This document shows, one piece after another, positions 41,193 to 53,368 of a stretch of 64,000 nucleotides of DNA. Where the stretch lies: positions 21,576,001 through 21,640,000 of the forward strand of contig OX597825.1 in the NCBI GenBank assembly GCA_951406725.2, given 5' to 3'. The position numbers and the translations under genes were made by a program. Origin of the DNA: Octopus vulgaris (Eukaryota). Numbering within the stretch: position 1 is the stretch's first letter; each line of letters opens with the position of its first letter. The notes beneath the pieces are model-generated. The model had not been told where the DNA came from. It worked only from the letters and a program-made list of their open reading frames with translations, and ran no database searches.

Positions 41193-41546
41193 ACTATATA
41201 TATATATATATATATACTATATATATATATACTAGGTATTTTACTTGTTGCAAATCACTGACCGATGGTCACTTTGTTTACAATATATCGCTGAGAGAAG
41301 CAGATCTTAGCTACACTCCACTGGGCAGGTGCACACAGCTAATGTGAGCCACATAGCTCCAAACCGGCCGGTTCCCCTATCCTGTAAACCGTTGGAAGGC
41401 AGTATGGTTTCGCTCCGCCTGCTAGCGATGTATTTTACATAAAAGGGTGCAGAGCTTGCATCGAAAACCAGTTGGCGGAGAATCCGACTGGGGTTAAACA
41501 ACTGGTAGTAACAATTCATCTGCCACTTTGATGTGGCCAATCGTTT

Positions 41547-41581
<35 letters not shown>

Positions 41582-42312
41582 TATCTATCTAAATGTGAAA
41601 TAGCTTGCTTACAAGAAACGCACGTTTGTGAGTCCTAGTAGTGATTTATACAACCAATAACTTGATCCAGTTCTCAAAATATTTATTCTGTAACCCATTT
41701 CTTTTAGCATCATTTTCACACTTGGTGTATATTTAAGTCCACATTTTGACACATAAATAAAAAGTGCCTTGAATTCTGTAAATTACTTGCAGAAGACTAC
41801 TAAGAATCTGTGAAAATAGGTCAAATTGGTTCTGACGTTCGCTGAAGTGATGATAGATATTTTTTTGAAAATCATGAGTATTTATAAAATACACAGCTCC
41901 GTCATTTATAGAACAAAATAAACAAGGATTGAATTACATATAGCATGCAATATGGAATATACAAAGGACGTGGATGCACGTGGCTGAGTGGTTAGGTTGT
42001 TGAACTCATAATCGTAAGATTCTGGTTTCGATTCCTAGACCAGGCGGCGCGTTGTGTTTTTGAGTAAAATATTTCATTTCACGTTGCTCCAGTCCATCAG
42101 TATGTTGATCATTACTGAACCCAAAGTGTATAAAATGTAGCGTTACTATAAGTGAGCGATTACAAAATCAGATTTCAATCAATGTCAAATTTGTTTATTC
42201 CCAAATTATTAATCATTTATTTATAAGCAATAGTGTTTTTGTAAAAAAATGTATGTCTGAGAACCGTGGTGCGTTTGTCCGAGGGGCTTTTGTTCTAGTG
42301 GGTTTTCCTACA

Positions 42313-42371
<59 letters not shown>

Positions 42372-42406
42372 GGACTTAAACGTAGGTGTTACTCAAATCT
42401 TCTTAC

Positions 42407-42492
42407 TTCCGACATACGTTTCGAAGAAAATATTGGTATTATTCCAGAAGGGAAAAAATGGTGTAAGACAATACAATCTTCTCATCAGGAAA
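42407..42492 (-). ncRNA. type I hammerhead with extended stem II
   Basis: rc: TTTC CTGATGA GAAGAttgtattg...caatattTTCTTC GAAAC GTAT GTC GGAA; adjacent to (TA)n. Confidence 0.75.
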
Positions 42493-42859
42493 AAAAAAAG
42501 AAACCAACAACATCAATAAGACATTTTAATAGAATGTGATGACTGCGTATATGATGAAAGGAACGGTAGCAAGTTTTTATTTTATTTAAAATATCCGTTA
42601 GTAGATATAACAAAGGTAGATTCTAGAAGGAGAAGGAGGAGAAAGAAGAAAAATTAGCAGAAAACTAATAGCGGATAGATATAGAGTGATGGACGAATAG
42701 GAATAAAGCTTAAAGGCCTGGAAGTAGATATATTTAGTGGAAGTGAAATGCAACAAGACAGTCAAAGATCGAATTTTATAGAATGGTAGAAATCACTTAT
42801 AAGAACAAAAGGTATGTTTCTGCCAATGTTTGCAACGATAAAAGTTCTATAAACGTGTT

Positions 42860-43033
42860 TACAAGAGCACTAGCCACTACACATACTTTTCTTTCTTTGT
42901 TTCTTTCTGTGTAGGTGCGAAGGCTCGAAACGTTAAAGACTTTTTCACTTCCGAGCGTGCGCTATACTAATACATCTATTTGCTGTCAACACCACCTGTC
43001 TTTGTCTTTTGGGTTTTTTTTGTGAATTCTCCC

Positions 43034-43035
<2 letters not shown>
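42860..43035 (+). mobile_element. solo Neptune-type pseudo-LTR (decayed HHR at 42902-42939)
   Basis: homologous to 50853-51060 (minus) and 55775-55965. Confidence 0.75.
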
Positions 43036-43089
<54 letters not shown>

Positions 43090-43285
43090 AATTAAATTAG
43101 AGATAAAACCACTATTAGGCAAATCAAACAGTGAAAAACAAACCAAAACATAGAAATAAAATTTATATTTTTCACTGTTTGATTTGCCTAATAGTGATTT
43201 TATCTCTAATTTAATTTATATTTATACTGTAAAATTAGATTTAATCCTAAATCTAATTTTTCCCTGTAAGTTTGGATTTACCCCC
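43090..43285 (+). mobile_element. foldback pseudo-LTR fragment + tail
   Basis: ~47-bp arms AATTAAATTAGAGATAAAACC...GTGAAAAA / TTTTCACTG...CTAATTTAATT, then a ~65-nt tail; arm related to 52905-52945. Confidence 0.65.
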
Positions 43286-43340
<55 letters not shown>

Positions 43341-43353
43341 GTTATTATTGTTG

Positions 43354-43463
<110 letters not shown>

Positions 43464-44157
43464 AGAGTCTCCAGTTACTAGAAGACATATGAGAGTTCTG
43501 TAATTTCTCGCTGACCAACCACACAGATGATTTGTTTGTAGTGAGCAAATGTGTTTTATTCACATAAGCTAACTCCCTCGATCAAATCAATGTTACCTGG
43601 TATAGATAACCGATGTGCAGCATGTCAGATGACGTTATAATCGCGAAGAACGAAAACGAAGAATGAAGTGTTTTGCTCAAGAGCAACGCTGCATCAGGTC
43701 TGGGAATCGAAACCAAAATCTCGCAAACGTGAGTGCAACACCCCCCAACCACAAAGCCACGCGCCTTCACTGCATATGAATGCATGTGTAATCAGTGGTA
43801 TCTTTTAGAGTTAGTGAATTTTACGATATATTTCAGACACGATTTTCAAAACGACATTCACTTCTTTATCCGTATCGCATTTTAAACCATATTATCCATG
43901 TAGAGTGAGACAAAACTGTCATAAACATGTCACATGATATTTGAATATTGACACAAAACAATTATTGGTATTTCACGTGAATTCATTGATACGCACGTTT
44001 CAAGTGGTGTAACAAGTTGTTATGCAGATATCTAAATCTCTTCACTCATATATTTTGATGTGACTGCAGTGAATGGATATCTGCATAACATGTTGTGTAC
44101 CCGATTGATACGTATAAACGTATGCGTCATTAAATGCCTACAAATTAATGAGCTTGT

Positions 44158-44220
<63 letters not shown>

Positions 44221-44403
44221 TATAAATACATACTTACAAACATTTTTATTACAGAAACTAGTGATTATTTAGTTTTATTCAGTTGTTATTGTTAAACTCG
44301 AGTTTTAATTAACAGTTTTACACCAGAAATCCAGCTGTCATTATCTCTCGGTAGTTATGGTGTGTAAATCCACAATCTCTCTTTCCGCCTATCTGTCACT
44401 CTG

Positions 44404-44453
<50 letters not shown>

Positions 44454-45340
44454 TACATATAAATATGTATTGATCGTAATCGATCCATCAATCAATTATT
44501 CAACCAATCTATCTATCTATATATCTATCTATATACCTATGTCCATACGTACGTGCCTACCTACCTATCTGTCTGTCCGTCTCTCTGTATTTTTATCTAT
44601 CTGTTTGTCTGTCTGCCTGTCTCTCCATATATATCTATATATAGACACACACATATATATGACTATGTGTGCGTGTATATAAATACATACCTGGAAGGAT
44701 AGAGGATTAGATAGACAGATAGATACATAGATACATAAATACATACATACTTAAATACATACATATTAGATATATAAGTATAAAATTTGTGAGTTGATAT
44801 TCAAAATGAGATATCAGTGCAGATTTGAGATATATTTGCCAGGAAATAATATAACGTAATGTGATCCTAAGAATATTTGAGGCGACAAATATTCATAAAT
44901 ACAAATGTAATGTCTTTATAAGAATCCGTTTCCATTGCAACTGCAACATATTGTTGGGAATCTTATGCCAAGAACACATGTATTATTCATTTGAAAAGCT
45001 GGAAAATATTTTATCTTTATATTCTTTACAGAATACATTGAAAAGCAATAATAACATATCTCCGTGATACTAACTCAACATTTTTAACACAAAAGTAAAT
45101 TTATATCTGGAAGATATGTGCGAATTACGAACTGAAGTGTGGAATCATTCTCCTTTAAGAACTCGATCAGTCGGTGAGAAATATGTTTATTTTAGAAAAA
45201 AACAATTCCATTATCAAATAACGTTACTCAGCTTATAGGAGCAGGTATGGTTGTGTGATCAAGAAGCTTGCTTTACAAATATGTGGTGTCGAGTTCAGGG
45301 TTCAGCTCCAATGCACAGCACCTTGAGGAAATGCTATATA

Positions 45341-46334
45341 TCTATTATATAAAATCCGTTTTGTGTGTGTGTGTGTGTGTGTGTGTGTATTCTAGGTTAT
45401 CGGGCATCCTCCATCCGATTGGGCTCAAATTTGATTTGTAGATACCTATTTCTTTACTACCCACAAGGGGCTAAACACAGAGAGGACAAACAAGGACAGA
45501 CAAACGGAGTAAGTCGATTATATCGACCCCAGTGAGTAACTGGTACTTAATTTATCGACCCCGAAAAGATGAAAGGCAAAGTCGACCTCGGCGAAGTTTG
45601 AACTCAGAACGTAACGGCAGACGAAATACCTATTTCTTTACTACCCACAAGGGGCTAAACTCAGAGAGAACAAACAAGGACAGACAAACGGATTAAGTCG
45701 ATTATATCGACCCCAGTGCGTAACTGGTACTTAATTTATCGACCCCGAAAAGATGAAAGGCAAAGTCGACCTCGGTGGAATTTGAACTCAGAACGTAACG
45801 GCAGACGAAATACCGCTAAGCATTTCGCCCGGCATGCTAATGATTCTGCCAGCTCTCCGACTTTTGATTTGTAAATACTGACGGTATCAGCGAATGTATA
45901 AATCTTGAAAAAAATACAAAATCGATTCCAGGTGAGAATGCGATCGATAAAGTCCTTTTTGTCCTGCTTTTCTTCCGTCAACCGGTACATAACTGCACCT
46001 TCCAATTTTTGTTGTTTTTGTACTGCTTAAAGGCACTTTCCTTTCCTGCCAAGCTTACTGTTTAAACCATGTTTGTAGTTTCCCAGTCAACAGCCTTATC
46101 ATTACTGGTACTTTAAACTCTTCGGTTGCATATTTGTGTGAATAAAATGTTTTTTCTTTGAAATAGAAAAAAGTCTATCTTTATTTCTTCTTTTGCTGGT
46201 GTCTCAAATTTAGGTTAAATCGGTGTTTCTCAAAGGGGAGGCCTATGGGATAGTCGGACAAGTTGTTTTGAGAAAATTTGGTTTAAATGTTTGACAACTG
46301 AGCACCGTCCATTGGGCGTGGGGCGTTTGGCTCG
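45341..46334 (+). mobile_element. non-autonomous Helitron copy 2, inside a SINE B and interrupted by a tandem SINE C
   Basis: colinear with 20368-20921; same TC and CTCG|T ends. Confidence 0.82.
45445..45858 (-). mobile_element. SINE group C with duplicated ~184-bp body
   Basis: TSD TTTGATTTGTA(G/A)ATAC on both sides. Confidence 0.88.
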
Positions 46335-46393
<59 letters not shown>

Positions 46394-46681
46394 ATATTTG
46401 TGCCTTTTCCTTATCCACTACTTCCTAACCGGTGTTTGTTTACTTATGACCCCGTAATATTGCGGATATAGCGGATCGTCAAAAGTGATTTAAATGTTAA
46501 GTTCCAGACTTAAAAATAAGCACTGGAGACGATTTGTTCGGCTATACTCTTCAACGCAGTGCCCCAGGGTGGCCTCAGGCATAATAATGAAAATCAATGA
46601 ATGGCAAAAAGATTGCTATTTTCTGCAAAGCTTCAATCTCATCCAGAAAACAAATTAGATTCTTTAGATGAATAAAAGAGT

Positions 46682-46979
46682 AAAGACACCCTTCGTTCAT
46701 AAATAACAATGGGATTGCACCTCCGAGGCACAAATTCAAGCAGGTTTGTTTATGGAAGACCAGCAGTCACCCATTTTATACCAGTGTCCACTCTCCAAGC
46801 CACCGATATTATCCAAAAGCAAGGCAAAGACTGATGTAGCTCGGAACTAGCTGAGCAACATGAAATAAAGTATCTTGGTCAAGAACACAACACAGAGCCC
46901 GGTCCGGGAATCGAACTTAGTACTTCGTGATTGTGAGCCGGACCACTGATGGCGCTATCAACAGAGCCATGCGCCTTCA
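46682..46979 (-). mobile_element. SINE group A (tail T4), diverged
   Basis: homology to 4222-4557. Confidence 0.7.
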
Positions 46980-47685
46980 TATTAGATGAATACTTCGACT
47001 ATTTTTCACTTAGATAACAAAAACAAAAAAATGAAAGAAAAGAAAAAAGATTAAAGAAGATCTCTGCAACGCAATGCAGTAATAAGGTTCCAACACCCAA
47101 TTGATAAATTTTCAATCCATCTTGCTAAATCCCTGAGAAACTCTTATCTTTTTCTGATGAAATAAGTAATTTGTTTACTGAAATCTTGTGTATAGCTGGA
47201 GATATACTACTTCAGAACCAAGATTAGGATGTAGGCTTAAGTTTCCAGTTCATTGTATTTACGCTATTTAATTTACTCAATTTTTGTGAGAGAGTAATGA
47301 AACCATATCCTTACAGCTTCAGCACTCAGAAATTCTTGAACACATTTCTTTCAGAGAGTAAACAATTACAAATACAAACAGCAGGACGTTATAAACAGGT
47401 GTCTTTCGACTAAGGACGAATTAAATTAAGCTGGCGCGTGTGGAAGTGAAGTCTTACAGAAGGAACATAGGAGATAAAAGTCATGGGAAGGAATATAAGA
47501 GATGCTACACACATGGTTGTCGAAACAAGAAAGAAAGGTCAGGCTTGGCGGTCACGTGGTAGGAGAGGAGAGAGGTAGTGGGTAGAAGGATTGAAGAATT
47601 AGGGAGGGACAAGAAAGTGAGAAAAAAGGAAAGGGAAAGAGTGAGATGAAAGAGAAGGGAAAGTGATGAGAATGAAGGGAAGACC

Positions 47686-48855
47686 AGTGATACTTTGTTG
47701 CCAACTTATAGTGGCATTACCAGGCAAGTGGAGGATACTACTGCTATTTAACACCCCAAAACACCATTTCTAGTTCGCTACATGATACAAGCGTTCTGTG
47801 TCCTTAAATTTTCAAAAAAGGATGATATGCACCTCCACCCAACAAAGCCAGTGCCCAGATACTAGTTTCAGGGTCGTTGCTCTTCATAAGTCTGGAGTAG
47901 TTTGACTTTGCGAGCTGTCAGTGCTAAATCGATCTTGAAAACATACAGATTTCAAATGAATTGAATTCAATGATCTACAAAATTAGAAATATTGCATTTC
48001 TAAATGTCTCAGAGAGAGAGTTAGGTAGTAACAGCACAATAAAGTGATGGTATGTTGCCAACTTAATGTGGCATTCCCAGGTAAGGGAAGATTACAACTG
48101 CTATTTAGCCTCCCAAGACACCGTTTCTAGTTGGCTACGTGACACAAACGTTCTGTATGCTCAAGTTTTCAAACTGGGGAGATAAGCACCTCCACCCAAC
48201 GCAGCTAGCATCCAGAGAATAGTTTGAGGGTAGTTGCCCTTCATCAGTCTGGAGTAGCTTGACTTTGCGAGCTGTCGGTGCTAAATCGCTGTTGAAAACT
48301 TATAGAATTTGAAGTGAAATAAATTCACTGATCTACAAAATTAGAAATATTGCATTTCTAAATCTCCCAGAGAAAGTTATGCAGTAGCAGAACGGCAAAG
48401 TGATGGTTTGTTGCTAACTTAATGTGGAAGTCCCAGGAAAGGGAAGAATCCTACTGCTATTTAACCCTCCAAGACACCGTTTCTAGTTGGCTACGTGACA
48501 CAAACGTCCTGTATCCTTACGTTTTCAAACAGAGGAATTTATTTCACTAGAGATTCTGTAAGTTTTCAATATCGATTTAGTACCGACAGCTCGCAAAGCC
48601 AAGCTGCTCCAGACTGATGAAGGGCAACTATCTTGAAACTAATCTCTGGCAATTGGCTTTCTTGGGTGGAGGTGCTTATCTCCCCTGTTTGAAAACTTAA
48701 GGAGACAGAACGCTTGTGTTACGTAGCCAACTAGAAACGGTGTTTCTTGGGGACTAAATAGCAGTAGCATTCTTAGCTTTCCTGGGTCTGCCACATGAAG
48801 TTGGCAACAGACATTCACTTTATCGTGCACAACTCTCTCTGAGACATTTAGAAAT
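47686..48855. mobile_element. retrozyme-like tandem ~357-bp hammerhead-bearing repeats (2.4 copies minus + 1 inverted plus)
   Basis: unit starts at 47686, 48043 and 48399; HHRs at 47855-47895 (-), 48212-48252 (-) and 48609-48649 (+); consensus CCAGA CTGATGA AGGG caacta CCCT GAAA CTAG TA TCTGG. Confidence 0.8.
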
Positions 48856-48870
48856 ATATATACATCAATA

Positions 48871-48903
<33 letters not shown>

Positions 48904-48904
48904 T

Positions 48905-49203
48905 TTTTATGCGCCATTTTAAGCCTAGCCAGGCTCATGGGCCCGGTTTCCCGGTTTCTATGGCGCATGTGTTTCCCCCAACTGGACGGGGAGCCAGTCC
49001 ATCGCAGTGTTGCTCAATAAACAGGAAGAAAGAGTGAAAGAAAGCTGGGGCGAAAGAGTACAACAGGGGTCGCTCCCCCCTGCCGGAGCGTCGTGGAGCT
49101 TTTAGGTGTTTTCGCTCAATAAACAAACACAACGCCCGGTCTGGGAATCGACACCGCAATCCTCCGACCGCGAATCCGTTTCCCTAACCAATGCGCCTCC
49201 ACA
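48905..49203 (-). mobile_element. SINE group A (head 2 + body 2 + tail T1)
   Basis: tail homologous to 320-410; head homologous to 60920-61045. Confidence 0.85.
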
Positions 49204-49761
49204 CATACACACACACACACACATATACAGGAGCACAAAAATATGTGTGTATATGTGTATATGCATATGTATAAAGTGATTTCGACTCTGGCCATCACAT
49301 AATATATTAAGTTCTTCATTTATACAATTGAAATAATTAATTATTTATGTCTTTTATCTAACATTTATGACTTTCTCATCGCTGATTTATATCGCGATAT
49401 CCATTATATCAGTCTGCATGCGCGTGTATTTGTATGTGAGCGTCCGCGCTGTGTTAACATACGTATATGTGGCTGATGAGTGTGTGTGTGTTTGTGTGTT
49501 TGTGTGTGTGTGTGTGCGTGTGTGCTTACACTGAATTTTATGTGTGTCTGTGTTTGCGTATGTGAATTTTTAATTATTTTCTGAGATTTTACAAAAGCAA
49601 CAAAAATATTTTTTAATTTATATATATAGGCGTGAGTGTGTGGTATGTATGGACTTTGCTTACGGACTATATGATCCTGGGTTCAGTCCCGTTAGGTTGC
49701 ACCTGAGGCAATTATCTTCTTCTAGGCCCTCCGGCCGACCCCCCATATATATATATATATA

Positions 49762-50440
49762 TTAGTAGAAAGAATAGCTATAACTCTTTGACTGCTATTT
49801 CTAAATTTCGGTGTGTGGTGAGGCAAATCGTTGCTAAACCCTTAGTTACTTAGTATTACTTAAACTTTCCTCGAATGAGGCTTTTACATGCCGAAATCTA
49901 CTTGGTGAAATTAATGATTATTCCAAATTAATTAATTTCACCCTATATTATTACTGATAACCATATTTCATCCCAGTAAATGACCACAACATCTTGTCTT
50001 GGCTACACGCTGGTGGGAAGGGGTTGGTGACACAAACTTTCATTCACACTTTGAATTTGGTGATACTGGTAACGGCTTTAGCTCGCTCTGATACTGAGTT
50101 GAGATGATGCCTTCTAGTGTCTTGAAATTTAATATACAATTATTCATAATTGTAGTGTCCTACGCTGATGAGAAAAGAAGTTGGGTAAGACATAATTATC
50201 TAATTCTTATGCTTTCCTAAAACTTAATTTCGAAACGTACGTCCGTAGGTGACTTAAAATTGTATGATAGATTGCCGTCATTTCTTCCTCTCTTGCCTGT
50301 CTGTGTTTGCCTTTCAAGTGATGTGGTTTTACTGAGATCTTCCTTTTAGTAGAAAGAATAGCTATAACTCTTTGACTGCTATTTCTAAATTTCGGTGTGT
50401 GGTGAGGCAAATCGTTGCTAAACCCTTAATTACTTAGTAT
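49762..50440 (+). mobile_element. terminally redundant 584-bp non-coding unit with hammerhead(s), between (TA)n tracts
   Basis: ~95-bp direct repeat at 49762 and 50346; HHR 50159-50249. Confidence 0.75.
50159..50249 (+). ncRNA. type I hammerhead, canonical core
   Basis: CCTACG CTGATGA GAAA...TTTC GAAAC GTAC GTC CGTAGG; palindromic stem III ACGTACGT. Confidence 0.8.
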
Positions 50441-50441
50441 T

Positions 50442-50517
<76 letters not shown>

Positions 50518-50780
50518 AATACATATATATATTACATATATATATATATATATATATAGATGTAGATGTGTGTGTATGTTTGTGTGTGTGTGTGTGCGCG
50601 TGTGGATGTATATATATATATATATCTTTCTGTCTATGTTTGTCCCTCCCCTATACCGCTTAACAGCCGGTGTTGGTGTGTCCCCGTAAGTTAGCAATTC
50701 GGCAAAAGATATAAGTATATATATGTTTAATATTTCTAAGTTATAAACATCTATCTATCTGAATATATATATACATACAT

Positions 50781-50852
<72 letters not shown>

Positions 50853-50854
<2 letters not shown>

Positions 50855-52850
50855 CGGGAAGCTTTATGAAAATAAACAAAAGACGAAGGCAGGTGGAAAA
50901 CAAACGAACAATTGTATTAGTATGGCGCTCAGGAAATATAAATAAAACAAGTCTTTAACGTTTCGAGCCTACGCTCTTCAACAGAAAGATACACAGAGAG
51001 AGAAAAACACAGAAAGAAGGAGAGAAAAAAAATGCGTGCAGTAGCTAACGAATCAACATGGCGATCTGATTTCGGCCAGAGGTCAATGATCAAACATGAG
51101 ACGCGAGAGCGAAATAAGGGGAGATAATAGGGTTGATAAAAGGGTTGAGGGACCAGCTAATAGTGCGTGGGAGGGGTCTGGATGTGTGTATGTATAGGGT
51201 TGGTGTATGTATTAGTATGTATAAGGGTGTGTGTGTGTGTCTGTGTGTGTATGAGAGAGTATTAGTGCGTAGGATTGGTCTGGACGTGCGTATGTATGGG
51301 GTTGGTGTATGTATTAGTATGTATTAGTATGTATTAGTACGTATTGGTATGTATAGGTGTGTGTGTGTGTGTGTATGAGAGAGTATAAGTGCGTATGCGG
51401 GGTCTGGACGTGTGTATGTATAGGGTTGGTGTAAGTATTAGTATGTACTAGTATGTATTAGTACGTATTAGTATGTATTAGTTGGTGTGTGTATTAGTAT
51501 GGCACATCATATGTGATGTGATGTGTAAAGTCATGTGGTGTAGTGAGGAGAAGAGGGGAGGGGGAGAAGAGGGGGAGAGAAGGGGAGGGGAAGAAGAGGG
51601 GGAGAAGGGGGAAGAGGAAGGGATGGGGGAGAAGGAAGGGGAGGAGGGGGATGAAGGAGGAAAGAGGGAGAGGGGGAGAGAGAAGGGGAGAGAGGGAGTG
51701 AGGGAGCAGAGGGAAGGGGAAGAGGGAGGGAGAAAGAGGGAAGAAGGGAAGGGGAGTAGGGGTGAAAGGATGAAGGACTGAAGAAGTAGGGGTCGGGGGG
51801 AAAGGATAGGTGAGGAGGGGGGAGATGGGGGTTAGATGAGGAGGGGGGAGAGTTGAGACCAAATGGCGTATAAGAGCGAAGAGAGAAGATTAATTCCTGT
51901 TCACGGCGCAAACAGGAATCCGGATGGCCTCTGTGTAAGGACAAACCGAACACAGATAGGTGTTGCAAGGAGTGACCGGTGGAGCGGAAATGGCGTGAGA
52001 CCGGTGTGTCGTTCGCAAGGTGGATGTCACGAAGGTGTTCCGCGAACCGGTCAGCCAAGCGGCGTCCCGTTTGTCCGATGTACAAGGAATTGCAGAGAGA
52101 GCAAGAGATGCAATAGATAATATTGCTGGAGGTGCAGGTGAAGGAGTGGATGATGGGATAGGGTCGATGGTGGGTGCTAGTGAGGCGGGTGGTATTGGAG
52201 AGGTAAGGGCAAGTGCGGCAACGTGGGCGGGAGCAGGGGAACGAGCCGGGTTGGGAGGTAGGGTCAGGGAAGGAGCTATGGACCAAAAGGTCTCGAAGGT
52301 TGTGGGCTCGTTTGAAAGAGGGGAGGGGTCGGTTAGGGAAGAGGTGTGAAGTGGACGGGTCGGACTGGAGATGACGGAAAGCTCGAAGAATGGTGCGTTG
52401 GAGACGTAGGGTCGTGGGGTGGTAAGTGAGGGGAAAAGGGAGGCGGGAGACTACAGGGCGGGTTCGGGGAGAGAGAGCAGATACACGGTCCACGGACCGT
52501 GCTCTGGCAAGGGCGGTGTGGATAGTGGTGAGGGGGTATCCACGTAGGGTGAAGTGGTGAGCCATACGTTGAGACTGAGTCTCAAAGTCATGGTCGTCAC
52601 TACAGAGCCTACGTAGACGGAGGAATTGGGAATAGGGGATGGAAAGCTTGGTGTGTTCTGGGTGGGAGGAAGAGAAGTTGAGGTATGAGTGTGAGTCTGT
52701 GTGTTTGTAGTGAATGGAGGTGGTAAGAGTGGAGTGAAGAATGCTAACCGAAATGTCGAGGAAGGAGACAGAGGTGTTGGAGATAGTGGAAGTGAAGTGG
52801 AGGGCTGGATGGAAAGATTGGACGAAAGAGAGGAAGGAATCTAGATATTC
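50853..52850 (-). mobile_element. 5'-truncated Neptune-type Penelope-like element with pseudo-LTR, flanked by (TA)n
   Basis: uninterrupted ORF plus pyrimidine-rich 3' UTR and HHR-like motif at 50952-50989. Confidence 0.92.
51850..52850 (-). CDS. PLE RT C-terminal part + CxxxxCxxC linker + GIY-YIG endonuclease (5'-truncated, open)
   Basis: VSFLDI, YKHTDSHSYL..SSSHP, SIPYSQFLRLRRLCS, CSRPRCRTC, NIIYCISCSLCNSLYIGQTGRRLADRFAEH, REQELI...PFGLN. Confidence 0.9.
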
Positions 52851-52851
52851 G

Positions 52852-52910
<59 letters not shown>

Positions 52911-52997
52911 TATTAGAGACAAAACCACTATTTTGCAAAACAAACAAGGAAAGACTTAATCAATACATAAAATTTTAATAAATAGTCAAAAAAACCG

Positions 52998-53040
52998 CCA
53001 CTACAATCGTTTCTTGTCTTGATCGACAATCTTCAGGTGG
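52998..53040 (-). ncRNA. type I hammerhead, canonical core, in a (TA)n-flanked pseudo-LTR fragment (52905-53068)
   Basis: rc: CCAC CTGAAGA TTGTC gatcaa GACAA GAAAC GATT GTA GTGG. Confidence 0.85.
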
Positions 53041-53064
53041 ACTTCCAATAAGTCAGTTTCAAAT

Positions 53065-53098
<34 letters not shown>

Positions 53099-53109
53099 TA
53101 TATATACAC

Positions 53110-53140
<31 letters not shown>

Positions 53141-53297
53141 TATATATATATATGGATATATAAAATAATTAAGGTGGCTACACGCAGTTTAAAACCAACA
53201 GGCAGCACCAGTATTGAGTGAAAGACTCTTTAGCCACGAACAAGCAGAGTTCTTATGTACCAACTATGGAGACAGCCTTCACACAGGAAGCGAGGGC

Positions 53298-53368
53298 AGC
53301 AGATTGGCACGCCAATTTCGCATGAAATTAATGCTCATTGAAGTGCTTCTCCATTGCTCATCAGTATT
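53298..53368 (-). ncRNA. hammerhead with full 6-bp stem III, weak stem I
   Basis: rc: AATA CTGATGA GCA...TGC GAA ATTGGC gt GCCAAT C TGCT. Confidence 0.6.

Noticed and set aside
51531-52943. 470-aa ORF as one protein
   Set aside because: The N-terminus reads through an unrelated pseudo-LTR and (TA)n, and the C-terminus through the pyrimidine tract; only ~51850-52850 is conserved PLE coding sequence
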